The notes: a model not told the origin generated them from the letters alone. A DNA stretch of 64,000 nucleotides from Cyanidioschyzon merolae (GCA_000091205.1 AP006487.2), one strand, 5' to 3'. Shown: positions 43,944 through 55,830, numbered from the stretch's first letter. Made by a program: numbers and translations.

Positions 43944-45008
43944 TCAGGTCTCTGCACCAGCTACTCTCGCAGCGGATGACTCCGCTTTTGCGGAAATTTC
44001 GTCAATGCGCTGGCGAACTTTGCGGAGCAATTCCTCTGCATCTCGAACGTGATACGATGTATCCGAGAGCGGCAGGTGTTTGGGAACAATGTTGCGATCA
44101 AAATAGAGCATACCATCTTCTATGCGACTCCGCGGAACGCACGAGAGCCAGACGATGGTGTCTGCACCCTGATCCGCCGTTCGAAGACTACCTCTGAGGC
44201 GAGCATAGAATCCTGGCATAGCCTCCTGGACAAGGGGCGTTTCTGCCCATCCTGGGTGGCAGGCAACAAAAAGTACTTTGTCCGGTGATACGGTGCGGGC
44301 GTACTGTTCCACAATCGCAACCTGCTGTCGTTTGTTCTTAGCGTACTGGCGAGTGGCATCGAAACGCGCCCGATCACGCCACTCCAGATCTTTCGTCTCC
44401 AATCGTTCGGTCAACATACCGGCGCTCGTTACGAAAATAACTCTATGGTCTCCGCCGTCGCTTTGGAGCATCGACGGAAGCAAGAGGTCTGTGAGAAGCA
44501 CAGGTCCCATGACGTTCGTCGCAAAGTTCACTTCGACGCCCTCGCTGGTCGCCTTCCACGGACTGGTCATCGCGCCTGCATTGTGCACGAGCACGTTCGG
44601 CGCTGGGAAACCGCGTTCCAAATAGTCTTGAACAAACCGTCTGATGCTGTGCGCCTCACTCACGTCCACGACGTGCAGATGAACGCGTTCCGCCGCTGAC
44701 GTCGACACCGAAACCCCTGTAGCGGCACCAGTGCGCTCCGAGAGCTTCTGCACCAGCCGCATCTTGGCGGCTTCACCGCGCTCGCTGTTCCGGCAGAGCA
44801 GGTGCACTGTGGCTCCGCGTAGACCTAACGCCTCCGCAGCACAGTACCCGATACCGGAGTTCGCTCCAGTGATCAGCACGTGCTTGTCGTGCAGATCAAC
44901 CGCCACATCCTCCGCTCGGAAGTATGCTCGCTGGTGCTTTTCGAAGCCACCGCGTGTATACGACCACGAGCCGTGTACCAGGAACTGAACCGCCTTTAGT
45001 GCGTACAT
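43944..45008 (-). CDS. Short-chain dehydrogenase/reductase, DHRS12-like
   Basis: 'MYALKAVQFLVHGSWSYTRGGFEKHQRAYFRAEDVAVDLHDKHVLITGANSGIGYCAAEALGLRGATVHLLCRNSERGE' then '...YAKNKRQQVAIVEQYAR...ACHPGWAETPLVQEAMPGFYARLRGSLRTADQGADTIVWLS...YFDRNIVPKHLPLS' is colinear with DHRS12. The track ORF extends to 45419 from a GTG; ATG at 45006-45008 aligns with the DHRS12 N-terminus. Confidence 0.75.
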   Translation of the reverse strand: MYALKAVQFLVHGSWSYTRGGFEKHQRAYFRAEDVAVDLHDKHVLITGANSGIGYCAAEALGLRGATVHLLCRNSERGEAAKMRLVQKLSERTGAATGVSVSTSAAERVHLHVVDVSEAHSIRRFVQDYLERGFPAPNVLVHNAGAMTSPWKATSEGVEVNFATNVMGPVLLTDLLLPSMLQSDGGDHRVIFVTSAGMLTERLETKDLEWRDRARFDATRQYAKNKRQQVAIVEQYARTVSPDKVLFVACHPGWAETPLVQEAMPGFYARLRGSLRTADQGADTIVWLSCVPRSRIEDGMLYFDRNIVPKHLPLSDTSYHVRDAEELLRKVRQRIDEISAKAESSAARVAGAET

Positions 45009-45906
45009 GGCGTTGCGACGAAGGTTTGTGTTCAAAGCGACTCCAGCGAGGGTTGCTAGCGCTACCAGACGAGCACCCCGGGCAAGCACCATAAGCAGAG
45101 CGGGCAATACACACACTCCGTTCAGGGCTGCTGCGGAGGCGCCTGCGGTACTAGACACCGGCTGCCGCAGGGGCGCGCCCGGGCGAACAAGCCGGACACT
45201 GAACCTTGAAAAGGAGCGTGCAGCAGCGGTTAGCTGAGGACGCTCTTCTACAGACGCTTGCTGGATTGATTTGGGAACCGCTTGGTCACTTGCTTGCGCA
45301 GGAGGCGTTGTCGGTTCGTACTGTGGCAGCGTAGCGCGGTGTGGCACAGGACAACGACAACGACTTCGACGACGGAGTCGCGGCGAACACTTGCAGGACG
45401 CAGTGTGTGTCGTTGCCACGAGCGATTAGAGGCTTGCACGAGGCCAGCTGTTTTGCTGGACATAGATTGAACTAGACTGGGTCTGGTTTGTGCGTTGCCA
45501 AAGTTGCGTACACGTTGGCGACGTGCAGCGGCAGTGGTGCCGCAGACCTGGGCTGCCTGTGAGCTTTTGAGAGCACCACCACGCGCTACGCGTTTGACTC
45601 AGGGCAACGCTCTTGTCCGACATTGTCGAGCTAGACTGGAGGCTCGGAGAGAGACTAGAGGACGCCAGCGCGCGGTCGGCGCTCGACGCTGAGCTCTACT
45701 AGAGTACGATAGTGCAGAGCGCAATCGCAAGCACAGCCACCTGCTTTCTCTAGAACCGAGACATAGCAAGGAGAGGTGCAGCGAAACGAATACAAACGTC
45801 GAACACAGGGATCGGCGGACGCAACCTGGGAATTTTTCTGCGACAACTACCAGTCCAGAGCTTGAAATACTGGAGAGAAACTGCTGAGAGTTTTGAATAC
45901 ATCATC

Positions 45907-47040
45907 ATGGCTGGAAAGAAAGCTGCAGCGCCTAAAGGCAAAGCTGCCGAAGAGAAGAAGAAGAAGATCGTAGAGGACAAGACTTTCGGAATGAAAAACA
46001 AGAACAAATCGAAAAAAGTGCAACGCTACGTCGAACAGGTCCAGAAGCAAGCGGAACAAATGGTTGGCGGCTCGCGAAAGGGCTCGCATCAGACCGAGCC
46101 TGCGCAGCGGCAGTCCCGGAAGGCAGCAGAGGCAGCCCGAGCGGCAGAACTGGCTCAGTACTTTCGGCCAGTTCCCGCGGGTCCAAAGGCGCAGCGTCAG
46201 AACGACAAGGTAGATCTCTACACGGATCTCCGGGAGCAGAAAGCAGCAACCTCGAACAGTCAACCAGCTCCGTCAGGAACAGAGATGGCCAGTTGGGATA
46301 TGAAACAGCTGGAGGAGGTCATTCAACAGCGGCACGGATCACAGAATCAACGGAACGCTACGCAAATCGTCTGTCGATATTTTCTAGATGCGCTTGAGGC
46401 TGGTCGATACGGTTGGTTCTGGACGTGTCCAAATGGTGGCGACAAGTGCCCATATCGCCATGCACTGCCTCCTGGTTTCGTTCTGAAGCTGAAAAAGGCG
46501 AATGACGAGGGTGTGAATGATCAGACCGCGGCTTCTGAGGCTGCTGCCCTCGAGGACGAGATTGAGCGAGAGCGCGCACTCATCTCAACCTATACGCCGG
46601 TCACTTTGGAACGATTTCTCGAGTGGAAAGAGCGGAAGCGAAAGGAAAGAGAGGAGCGCGAGCAACGCAAACGGGATCAGGCGCTGAAACGCATGGGCAC
46701 ACAGGGCAATTCGAGTTACGTCAGGCACAAAGTGGCACTGGCGTATGGCCTTTCAGGCCGCGATCTTTTCGAATACCGGCCAGAGCTCTTCGTCGATGAT
46801 GCAAATGCGGATGAGACCAAATACGAAGAACGCAACTATGAATCTAGCTCGGATTCTCTCTCCAATGCGAGCGACGACGAGGCGCTTCAGGAGACAACCG
46901 AGCGGCAAAGAGCAGAGCATACGGATCCCGCTTCCGAGCATCCCCATGATGCGCTCGCTCAACGCATGCAACAGACGCTGACGGTGTCGGAATCGCCACC
47001 GCGGGACGTTGTGGGAGACGCTTCGCTGTTTGGCGGATAG
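45907..47040 (+). CDS. ZC3H15: Zinc finger CCCH domain protein 15 / DRG-family regulatory protein 1 (Tma46-like)
   Basis: 'MAGKKAAAPKGKAAEEKKKKIVEDKTFGMKNKNKSKKVQRYVEQV...' plus 'QIVCRYFLDALEAGRYGWFWTCPNGGDKCPYRHALPPGFVLK' (CCCH fingers) and an acidic C-terminus. Colinear with ZC3H15. Track start 45862 is TTG. Confidence 0.85.
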   Translation: MAGKKAAAPKGKAAEEKKKKIVEDKTFGMKNKNKSKKVQRYVEQVQKQAEQMVGGSRKGSHQTEPAQRQSRKAAEAARAAELAQYFRPVPAGPKAQRQNDKVDLYTDLREQKAATSNSQPAPSGTEMASWDMKQLEEVIQQRHGSQNQRNATQIVCRYFLDALEAGRYGWFWTCPNGGDKCPYRHALPPGFVLKLKKANDEGVNDQTAASEAAALEDEIERERALISTYTPVTLERFLEWKERKRKEREEREQRKRDQALKRMGTQGNSSYVRHKVALAYGLSGRDLFEYRPELFVDDANADETKYEERNYESSSDSLSNASDDEALQETTERQRAEHTDPASEHPHDALAQRMQQTLTVSESPPRDVVGDASLFGG

Positions 47041-48635
47041 AGATTCCGTGCTTCAATATGCGGAAGCAGGTATCTCATCGTATGCGCTTTAGAATGCAGG
47101 GCATCGGTGGACGTTCACCTCAGAACGATGTATGCTGGATATTTGTGCCAGGGGCCCGTTTTTGTGACTTTTTCTTGTTCTCACAGGTATTCAAGAAAAG
47201 TAATGTGTCCTGTGAATTGGGGAAAGGTCGCGTAAAGACTGTATGGCGACACTGGTGGATTGCGAACAGGTACCTGACCCCTACCGGTCAGTTGCTCCAC
47301 GATCAGCCGGTGCATGAATCACTCCTCGCGTTGTCCTTCTCATGAACGTGGTGCACCCAAAACGGAACTTGTAAGACTCCATCTTCACGACTCTGTTCTC
47401 ATCAATCCATTTCACACATAGGATCCCTACGAAATACTACCGAGAAAGCAGCAGGGTGCGAGGTTCATTTGAAGTTGATTTGAACGGTGATGAAGATACT
47501 CGGATGGACGCAGAAAAAAAGCACGCCTCGACACGGGTGCGTCGCGCGCGGAACTCGTCATCCTCGAGTCGAATGGAGTCGCGATGGATGATCAGAGGCG
47601 GGGCAGATGTTCATTTCATTCAATGGAACGTCATTGGCGACCAACGAGGGACCTGACTACGGGAACTCAAAGACGCGCAACTCGCTGTTTGTCAGTCAGA
47701 GACAAGCGAGCATGCCGACACTTTTAGCCTTAGCTGCGATGCATCCGGACGCTCGTCTATAAATCACGAAATGGGCATGATCGTTTAACAATCAATACCT
47801 CAGTCGAAGCAGTGTGTGGTTTCGCTTCCCAGATTTCTCTGTCCTGTTCTTGAGCAATGACGATTCGCAACGCTCAGAGGTGGTCGCGGAGGACCCAGCG
47901 GAGACTGGTAGCGAGCGGCTGTTCGGGCCAGCGAATGCTGTCTAGCTCAGTCCAGTCAAAGGCGTAGGCGCTGTCGTCAAAGCGCCTAGTGTTCAGCAGA
48001 GGCACGATTCGCATTCTGGGCATTGTTCAGTTCCTGGATAGCCTGGCGGTCGGAAGGCTCGGTCAGCGATTGCTCGTCCAGACGATAGTATAGACGGGGC
48101 GCTGGTTTGCTGGTAAGCGAGCTCGCCTCCGACCGTAGCATGTGACTCCTGAACGTGATGCCTTTCGGAGCTCGCCCTGCGGCAACGAAGGTCACCTGGT
48201 CGCCAAGCGCTGCTCATGGACATGCCTCTTAGGCTAGACAGCAACAAAAACCCAAGTCTGGGAATTTGCAGCGTGAGCGGACGCCACCAACGCAGTTGAG
48301 GAAGCGGGTACAGCTCTGCTACTGGGGTGCAGGGGAGAAAACATCTCGGACCCTGGTCATGGACAAGGACTCTTCCGCATGTTTCAGCAACATGGCCTTC
48401 AACGGTTGCCTACCAGTTCATCTTGGCCGGCTATGGGAGCATATCTATTTTTAGCATTCGACGGGTCCCGACACCGCACCGTCAGGCCGCAGGAAACGGC
48501 GTATTTCGGATCCACTGCTCCGAACACTGCAGAGTACGTTGCATCGTTGTCTGAAAAAATCGGAACGAGTGCACGGGCATAGCACTGGCATCCACACAAA
48601 AGTTTGGGTCTCTTCCCAGTGCTATCAACATCAGG

Positions 48636-49520
48636 TGTTGAGGGCGTTCTCGGCAACCGCACGCTTTCCCTCTCTCTCCGTCTCTCTCGCGCTCTCTCTC
48701 GCTCGCTCTGATCTCCGGCTTCAATGGCGCAGATGGCTCTATTCCATATCGAGTCGTTGTCAGCGGTCGAAGGACGTTGAGGGCAGCTCGTAACTGCCGA
48801 TCTCGCCGCACCCAGCTGTTGTCGACGCATTCAAACTGCAGGCGGACGCTGCGGACCAGGAAGCTCATTCGTAAACAGCCTCGACACGCCTTTTGCACCA
48901 TAGACGCTTGGCTACGGTCACGTGTTCCCATGCGTTCACCGCACACCCGCATCCAACTCCTCGTCTGGCTCCTGCATTGCCTCCGCCTCCTCCGCCTTCC
49001 AGCGTCATCCAGTGGTGCCTGAACGCATGCTTCATCGCTCGATACATGACGCTGACCAGTTACCGACGTCTACCACGAATGTCATGCCTCATTATCGCGC
49101 TCGATGGCATACCCGACGAATCACGAGCATCTTCGGGGTGATCCGCTCCGCTCGTTTCTTGTGAGATGCAAGCGCAAGCACGCGCTGTTGTATTCGATAG
49201 AGGATTTGCAAAGCGCGATCTTGTCAATGGTAAAACAAGTACAACAAGCGAAATCCAGGCTGGAAAAGGCGTCGAAAAACTTCCAATCAATCTATGCTCC
49301 ATTCGTGCAAAGCGGTACCGCGCTCCCCAATGAAGTTGATCCCTGCATCGCCTCCGGTCCGGGTATAAGACCATTTTCCATGCTAACAGAGGAGATGGGA
49401 GCCTCTGGCACCATATCCGCTCAAAAGCGTGCTGCTGCTGCTGCTGCTGCTGTAGAATGTTGTCTCGTCCATGCTCATAGAGAAAGACGATTTTCTGTAT
49501 CGAAAGGAATCGATTATTTG
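48636..49520 (+). repeat. Mosaic dispersed repeat family, copy 1 (modules A + A')
   Basis: 48636-49275 is ~99% identical to 54693-55330 (module A, with a CT-rich tract). 49276-49520 (A') is related to 58540-58800. An ORF (49104-49538) spans A/A' and is partly conserved at the amino-acid level in copy 3 ('PFSMLTEEMGASGT…AVEC' vs 'PFSMLNEAMGAAGT…AVEW'). Confidence 0.7.
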
Positions 49521-50704
49521 ACGCGCAAACTATACTGATTTTTCTGCATGAGCTCGTGAAAAAAGCCGTCAATGGATGAGGTCGAGCCCTTTTTCTCCGA
49601 AATCATAATACACAAAATGCTGCGCACACACGAGTTGCAACAGAAACATCCAATGTTAAGCAATATGTAGTTCGAGCATGCTACACGTAAGAAAAGGAGA
49701 AACGCGGATACTCGTACGTATCCATTGCATGATGATATCCACTACTGAACGAACCCTCGTTCTAGAGCGTCGCCAGCCATCCTGACTCAGATGACGTTAC
49801 AAAAAATCCTGCAGCAAAGCGTCCGCGGCGCGACTCCGAACAGGCTCCTGAGAATCCTAAAACTGCACATGAACACGTAAGCCCTTTTTCCTGCAGTTCG
49901 AATGTCGGCGTTGTACATCTTATAATGGTTCGAAAAATCGAAAGGCAGGCAGAAGCCAGCAGTTCTGTGCTCTATTTTTATTTGGCGCGGATGTCGAGCG
50001 CATGGCAACCAGCGACGCATGACGTCTGCCGCGGGATCGAGGACCCTATCCGAAGAACCCCAGTTGCGCAGATCTAGTGGGCAGTTAGGAGCAAACGACC
50101 GCCGTTCCCTTCTAGATTCCTCCATTCTTTCAAAGCTGTCCAGACGAGCCTAGCCGATGCCAAGAGAGGCTTGAGCGATCCACAACAACCATGCGGATAC
50201 CGCGGACGCCTTGCGAGGCCGTGACGGTGCCGCTACGCCTCAGCGGACTTCGACTAGAGACGAGGTTCGTTCAACAGGGAGATTCGGAGCTCGTCGTCGG
50301 CTTCGGACGCCAACTGGCATTACTGACAGCTTCGCTGCATGCAGCAGCGCGGACGGCCACACGAGAGGAACGCAGTGACCACAGCAAAACGGAGGCGCTG
50401 AGCACAGTCCGCCCCCGTTCACAGTCGCAGGAACATGTGTACAACGCTGTGGAGCGGCGCGAGCGACGCAGCGGCACGCACCACTGCGCAAGTACGCTGA
50501 CCACTGTACAGACTGATGGGTACACTTCACAAAAACTCTCTGCATCGAATGTAGCGTCGTCCAAGTCTCGAAAATACTACCAAATACCGCCTCTATCCGA
50601 TGGAAAACCAGGAGTGGTGTTGTTGGTACCCAGAGGACGCTGGAGCGGAGCATGCCACGCTTCCTCGGGTAGCGGGAGCCCCGTGTCACGCCCCTAGCAT
50701 ATGC

Positions 50705-50870
50705 AATATCCATGCATGAATGCTTGGATGCACGGATGCATGAATGCTTGGATGCACGGATGCTTGGATGCTTGGATGCACGGATGCTTGCATGCACGGA
50801 TGCACGGATGCTTGGATGCACGGATGCTTGGATGCACGGATGCTTGCATGCACGGATGCATCACCGATCA
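50705..50870. repeat. 8-bp microsatellite (WYGGATGC)n, ~20 units, ~310 bp upstream of the dynamin start
   Basis: 'ttggatgcacggatgcttggatgcttggatgcacggatgcttgcatgcacggatgc...' The period of 8 is not a multiple of 3, so the ORFs reading MHECLDARM... across it are artefacts. Confidence 0.75.
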
Positions 50871-51180
50871 TCAAAAAAAACCACCACAGCACCAGAAGCT
50901 AAGGCATCGATGAAATCGGACACGCTGGCACTGGACCTGCGCGCCATCGGAGCGCGCTGCTGTCCGTGGGCGCCACCGGCGCCATGCGCGCGTGCACGGA
51001 TCGCAGTGTGCCTTCGAAAGCGTTCGATGCAGGGCAGCGATCGCGCTGGTGTCCGCTTTAATGCTGTGTCCAGAATGTCCGAAACGGACGGTACGCCACC
51101 GTTCCCGGTGCTGCACGAAACGTTGACAACGAGGCTTGGCGCTCTGGGTACGCGTTGCTCGGGCGAACGCGACAGGCTTC

Positions 51181-53487
51181 ATGGAGCGCCTAATACCTAT
51201 CGTAAACAAACTTCAAGACCTCTTCGCCGAGACTGGGTTAGACAGCCCAATCGACCTGCCACAGATTATGGTGGTGGGCGCCCAGTCCTCGGGAAAGTCG
51301 AGCGTATTGGAGAACGTTGTAGGAGAGTCCATTTTTCCGCGTGGTACGGGTATTGTAACGCGCCGCCCCATCGTTGTTCAGCTTTACTGCACAGCGAGGG
51401 AGCGGTTGAATCAGTCGGGAGCCCCGGATAACATGTTTAACGAGGACGGAAGCTATGTGCTGTCGGATGGAGCGCCAACGGACCCCCGGTCGATTCCGCC
51501 GGGCGCGGAGAACCAGGCATATGCAGAGTTTCTGCACAAGCCCGGTGTGCGCTTCTACAACTTTGACGACGTGCGCGCAGAAATAGAACGAGAGACAGAT
51601 CGCGTTACTGGAAAAAACAAGGGAATAAGCCCGAAAGCGATCAACCTGCGGGTGTACTCACCGCACGTGGTGAACCTCACCGTCGTCGACCTGCCCGGAC
51701 TCACCAAGGTCCCGGTCGGAGACCAGCCGTCGGATATCGAGCGTCTCATTCGCGCTATGGTTTTGTCGTACATAGAGCGTCCCAACGCGATTATATTGGC
51801 TGTGCACCCGGCTACAATGGATCTCGCTACGAGCGATGCGTTGCAGATAGCGCGCCAGGCGGACCCAGAGGGGCGACGCACGCTGGGTGTCATCACCAAG
51901 CTCGACCTGATGGACAAAGGAACGGATGCCATGGAGATGCTGACCGGGAAGGTTATCCCTCTGAAACTGGGTTACATTGGGGTAATCTGTCGTGGGCCCG
52001 CAGACCTGCGAGCTGGTAAATCTATTCAACAGGCGCGAGAGGATGAAATCCGTTTCTTCCGCTCCCATCCGGTGTACAGACGTCTGCTGCCACAGCTGGG
52101 AACGAATACGTTAGCACGAACACTGTCAACGCTTCTTATGAAGCACATTCGTGACACGCTGCCGAGCATACGCCAGAAAATGTCGCAGCAGCTAGCAGAG
52201 TGGCGCAAGGAATTGCAGACGCTGGGACCTGCGTTTGAGGGCGCTGACGATCTCGGTGGCGCCCTCCTCAATGTTATCAATAGATACTCGTCGGAGTTTG
52301 CAAAATCGCTGGAGGGCAACTCACAGCAGACGGTGAATACCCAGGAGCTTTATGGCGGTGCGCGCATCAATTACATCTTCAACGACATTTACGCGAAGGA
52401 GCTGCAGTCGATGAATGCGTTCGAAGGCCTCACTCGCGAGGATATCCGCACAGCAATCCGCAACGCGACAGGTCATCGCAGCCCGCTTTTCGTACCAGAG
52501 CTCGCTTTTGAGCTGCTCGTCAAGAAACAAATTACCCACTTTGTCCCGCCGGCCTACTCCTGCGTTGACTTGGTCTACGACGAACTCGTGCGTCTCGCGC
52601 TGAACTGTGAAACAGAGTTGCTGCAACGCTATGAGAATCTGCGCTCCGAAATCTTGGCTTGCGCGCAAAACCTGTTACGCGAGTTGAAACAACCGTGTCT
52701 GGAGATGGTTCAAAACCTCATCGCCATGGAGACATCCTACATTTCCGTGAATCACAAGGATTTCATCGGCGGCAACAAAGCAATGAGTCAGCTTGTGCGC
52801 GCTCGCATGGAAGAGGAAGAGCGCCGAACTAGATCCGCGAAAGCTGCGAACAGTACGGACAACGCCGCGAATAGTGCACCGAAAGAGAGCAACGCAAACG
52901 ACAATCGCATTCTTCAACCTCGCCGGCGAAACCAGGACGAAAATGCGAAGAAGAACGACGATGCCCGTCGCAAGGATGACAAGTCGCCGAACAAGACCGA
53001 TGCGTCGAACGCCGAGAAGGACGCGCGCTCTGACCGGAACCCGCGCGGTGACCCAACGATGGACAACTTTTTCAATGAGGCGGACGAGGACGAGGAAGAC
53101 GGCAACGAACGCCGGAACCGAGGCTTACACACGCTCCCGTCGGTGCCGGAACACCTCAAAGCAGGCGAAGTATCGAGCGACCGCGATCGGGATGATATCG
53201 AGCTCATCCAGACGCTTCTTGCGAGTTACTTCGATGTTGTGCGGGTCAATATGATGGATATGGTACCAAAGGCAATCATGAGCTTCCTGGTGCTCCGCGC
53301 CCGCGACCGGATGCAGTCGCGTCTGGTCGCTGATCTCTACAAACCCGAACGTATGAGCGAACTGCTCAACGAGTCAAGCGACGTAGCGGAGCGACGTGCA
53401 ACCGCAAAACGAATGGTGGACCTTCTCCAGCGCGGTATGGCGGTGATTAACGAGGTTCGAGACGTTCACGTCAAAGAGGAGATTTAG
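51181..53487 (+). CDS. Dynamin-related protein (Drp1/Dnm1-like large GTPase)
   Basis: 'MERLIPIVNKLQDLFAETGLDSPIDLPQIMVVGAQSSGKSSVLENVVGESIFPRGTGIVTRRPIVVQL' is a dynamin G domain, followed by a middle domain, a Lys/Asp-rich variable insert and a GED ('...DIELIQTLLASYFDVVRVNMMDMVPKAIMSFLV'). Track start 51136 is TTG; ATG at 51181. Stop is TAG at 53485-53487. Confidence 0.9.
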   Translation: MERLIPIVNKLQDLFAETGLDSPIDLPQIMVVGAQSSGKSSVLENVVGESIFPRGTGIVTRRPIVVQLYCTARERLNQSGAPDNMFNEDGSYVLSDGAPTDPRSIPPGAENQAYAEFLHKPGVRFYNFDDVRAEIERETDRVTGKNKGISPKAINLRVYSPHVVNLTVVDLPGLTKVPVGDQPSDIERLIRAMVLSYIERPNAIILAVHPATMDLATSDALQIARQADPEGRRTLGVITKLDLMDKGTDAMEMLTGKVIPLKLGYIGVICRGPADLRAGKSIQQAREDEIRFFRSHPVYRRLLPQLGTNTLARTLSTLLMKHIRDTLPSIRQKMSQQLAEWRKELQTLGPAFEGADDLGGALLNVINRYSSEFAKSLEGNSQQTVNTQELYGGARINYIFNDIYAKELQSMNAFEGLTREDIRTAIRNATGHRSPLFVPELAFELLVKKQITHFVPPAYSCVDLVYDELVRLALNCETELLQRYENLRSEILACAQNLLRELKQPCLEMVQNLIAMETSYISVNHKDFIGGNKAMSQLVRARMEEEERRTRSAKAANSTDNAANSAPKESNANDNRILQPRRRNQDENAKKNDDARRKDDKSPNKTDASNAEKDARSDRNPRGDPTMDNFFNEADEDEEDGNERRNRGLHTLPSVPEHLKAGEVSSDRDRDDIELIQTLLASYFDVVRVNMMDMVPKAIMSFLVLRARDRMQSRLVADLYKPERMSELLNESSDVAERRATAKRMVDLLQRGMAVINEVRDVHVKEEI

Positions 53488-54692
53488 TGCGCGTTCGTCA
53501 CATATTCGAACGATTGTAAACCAGTTTTGCCTCAGGCATCCGGGAGCAGGATCTCAGCACAGCGTTCTGGACGATGCTGGTCGCGTTTTGCGAAAAGCGT
53601 ATCCGCTGCAGCGAACGACTGCGAACGGCTCATGGATGCGTACGGTCATGCACGGGGGGCGCCCACAACGACACCCGCTCAGTGGTTTCGGGAAGGTGTT
53701 CTTGTTTTTTTCGTCTCCGAGTTTTGCGTTCGCACCGGGGCTGTCGACGCCACTGGGAGCATCCACGGCAGACTCGGCGCACGATGGAACATGAGAAACG
53801 CCCAGTATCTCCGAAGGGACCAGGGTTGATGGAATTCGGCAGTATGCCATGGAATGATGGACGCTTTCTCGGTCGCTTATAGCAAGCGTGCTACCCTCTT
53901 TCGTATATAGATTCGGTGGATCGAAAAGGCAGCTGCTCCTTGCACGCGTTCTACGATGACCGCGACGCTGGCAGGGCAGGTAACGCTCCCCGTATGCGTT
54001 CTAGCGGGTTGGCGTCGAGTGCACAGCGGCCCAGCGCTCGCCATCGTTATCCGAACGATATAGACGGGGTTCCAGACCGTACCCAGCGCTGAAGCAGATA
54101 CATGTGCGCCCCAGATATCGCCGCATCTCTGCAGCAACACCGACAAGCACCGCGTTGGCATGAGCGCTGGCCACCATCGGTAGTTGAGCACGCCCGGCAA
54201 TGCCGTGCACGCTGCTCCGGGCCGGAGCAAACCACGTGTTGTGTTTCGGACGCAAGACTCCTGGTCGATTGCTGCAAGTACGCTGATTCGATGCGTGTTT
54301 GCATGAGTTCAGTCGAGCGATATGGACAGGGGCGAGCTGCTGTGCCTTGTGCTGAATGCGGAGCATGCCCATCGCCTGGAACGGTGAATGTCGTTGCCGG
54401 TATGGATACCAGCGAGCTACCGTAACTGAGGATACCGGGAGCTCAGATCCATATAAGCCAAATCAGGTACATAGTGGTGTTGGTGGATGATATCAGCGGT
54501 AGCAGCGTCTTCTTAGAAAACAGGTATCTGCTGAAACAACAAGCGTTCTCTTGAACACGGCCGCACCGCCTGACGAGCGCTTGTCTCATTGCCTCAATAC
54601 ACGTGTTCGCGTAAAATGCAGCATGATGACTGACAATGGCGTATATGCTCAAAATTCGGCAGCTTTTCGAACGATTATGAGTACCATCATTG

Positions 54693-55830
54693 GTGGGCGT
54701 TATCGGCAACCGCACGCTTTCCCTCTCTCTCCGTCTCTCTCGCGCGCTCTCTCTCTCGCTCGCTCTGATCTCCGGCTTCAATGGCGCAGATGGCTCTATT
54801 CCATATCGAGTCGTTGTCAGCGGTCGAAGGACGTTGAGGGCAGCTCGTAACTGCCGATTTCGCCGCACCCAGCTGTTGTCGACGCATTCAAACTGCAGGC
54901 GGACGCTGCGGACCAGGAAGCTCATTCGTAAACAGCCTCGACACGCCTTTTGCACCGTAGACGCTTGGCTACGGTCACGTGTTCCCATGCGTTCACCGCA
55001 CACCCGCATCCAACTCCTCGTCTGGCTCCTGCGTTGCCTCCGCCTCCTCCGCCTTCCAGCGTCATCCAGTGGTGCCTGAACGCATGCTTCATCGCTCGAT
55101 ACATGACGCTGACCAGTTACCGACGTCTACCACGAATGTCATGCTTCATTATCGCGCTCGATGGCATACCCGACGAATCACGAGCATCTTCGGGGTGATC
55201 CGCTCCGCTCGTTTCTTGTGAGATGCAAGCGCAAGCACGCGCTGTTGTATTCGATAGAGGATTTGCAAAGCGCGATCTTGTCAATGGTAAAACAAGTACA
55301 ACAAGCGAAATCCAGGCTGGAAAAGGCGTAGAAAAACGTTGACTGCAATCGATGATTCGCATTGCCGAGTTCAGCGCTATCTCAGCATTGCTATGTGATC
55401 AAGTCATCCAGGGAAGATCTCGGGTGTTTGCTCTCGTCCATCCAGCGGCGCGAATCGCTGTGCCCACAAATCCCCTTGAACCTGATTGGTAGAAAACCTG
55501 ATGCATGCAAAGTCTGCGCATACTCTATCTGTTTGACACGGAAAAGCATGCAGATTGCTACCCAGGACCTGGACCATGAAACCGGTTGGTTTACGAATCC
55601 TCGTTCGAGGGCGTCGCCATGCATCGGTCTTGCGGTGCCGCAACGATTTCCAGTGGCACAGCGCCCAGAGCGCCACGCCCAGGAGACAAGCGAGAATCCC
55701 AAGAATTCGGACGAATCTGTAAGACCCCATTGCTACACTTCGGTTATCGAAGCTGTACACCTGAACAGCATTCCGATAAAAATCTCAAGCCAGGACTAGA
55801 GCCAGCAGTCCAGTGTCCCATGTTCATCGG
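54693..55830 (+). repeat. Mosaic dispersed repeat family, copy 2 (modules A + B)
   Basis: 54693-55330 matches copy 1 module A with ~6 differences. 55335-55830 is ~97% identical to 58803-59300 (module B). A' is absent. A c>a change creates a TAG in the frame that is open in copy 1. Confidence 0.7.

Noticed and set aside
45009-45419. 137-aa N-terminal extension of the DHRS12-like ORF (track start 45419)
   Set aside because: The track start is GTG. DHRS12 homology begins exactly at the ATG at 45006-45008 (MYALKAVQF...), and the extension is Arg/Cys-rich low complexity.
51136-51180. 15-aa N-terminal extension of dynamin (MALWVRVARANATGF) from the ORF track
   Set aside because: The track start is TTG. 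Dynamin homology begins at the ATG at 51181 (MERLIPIVNKLQD).
50686-51431. ORFs encoding 'MHECLDARMHECLDARM...' / 'HASIRASKHPS...'
   Set aside because: They are artefacts of translating the 8-bp GGATGC microsatellite in several frames.
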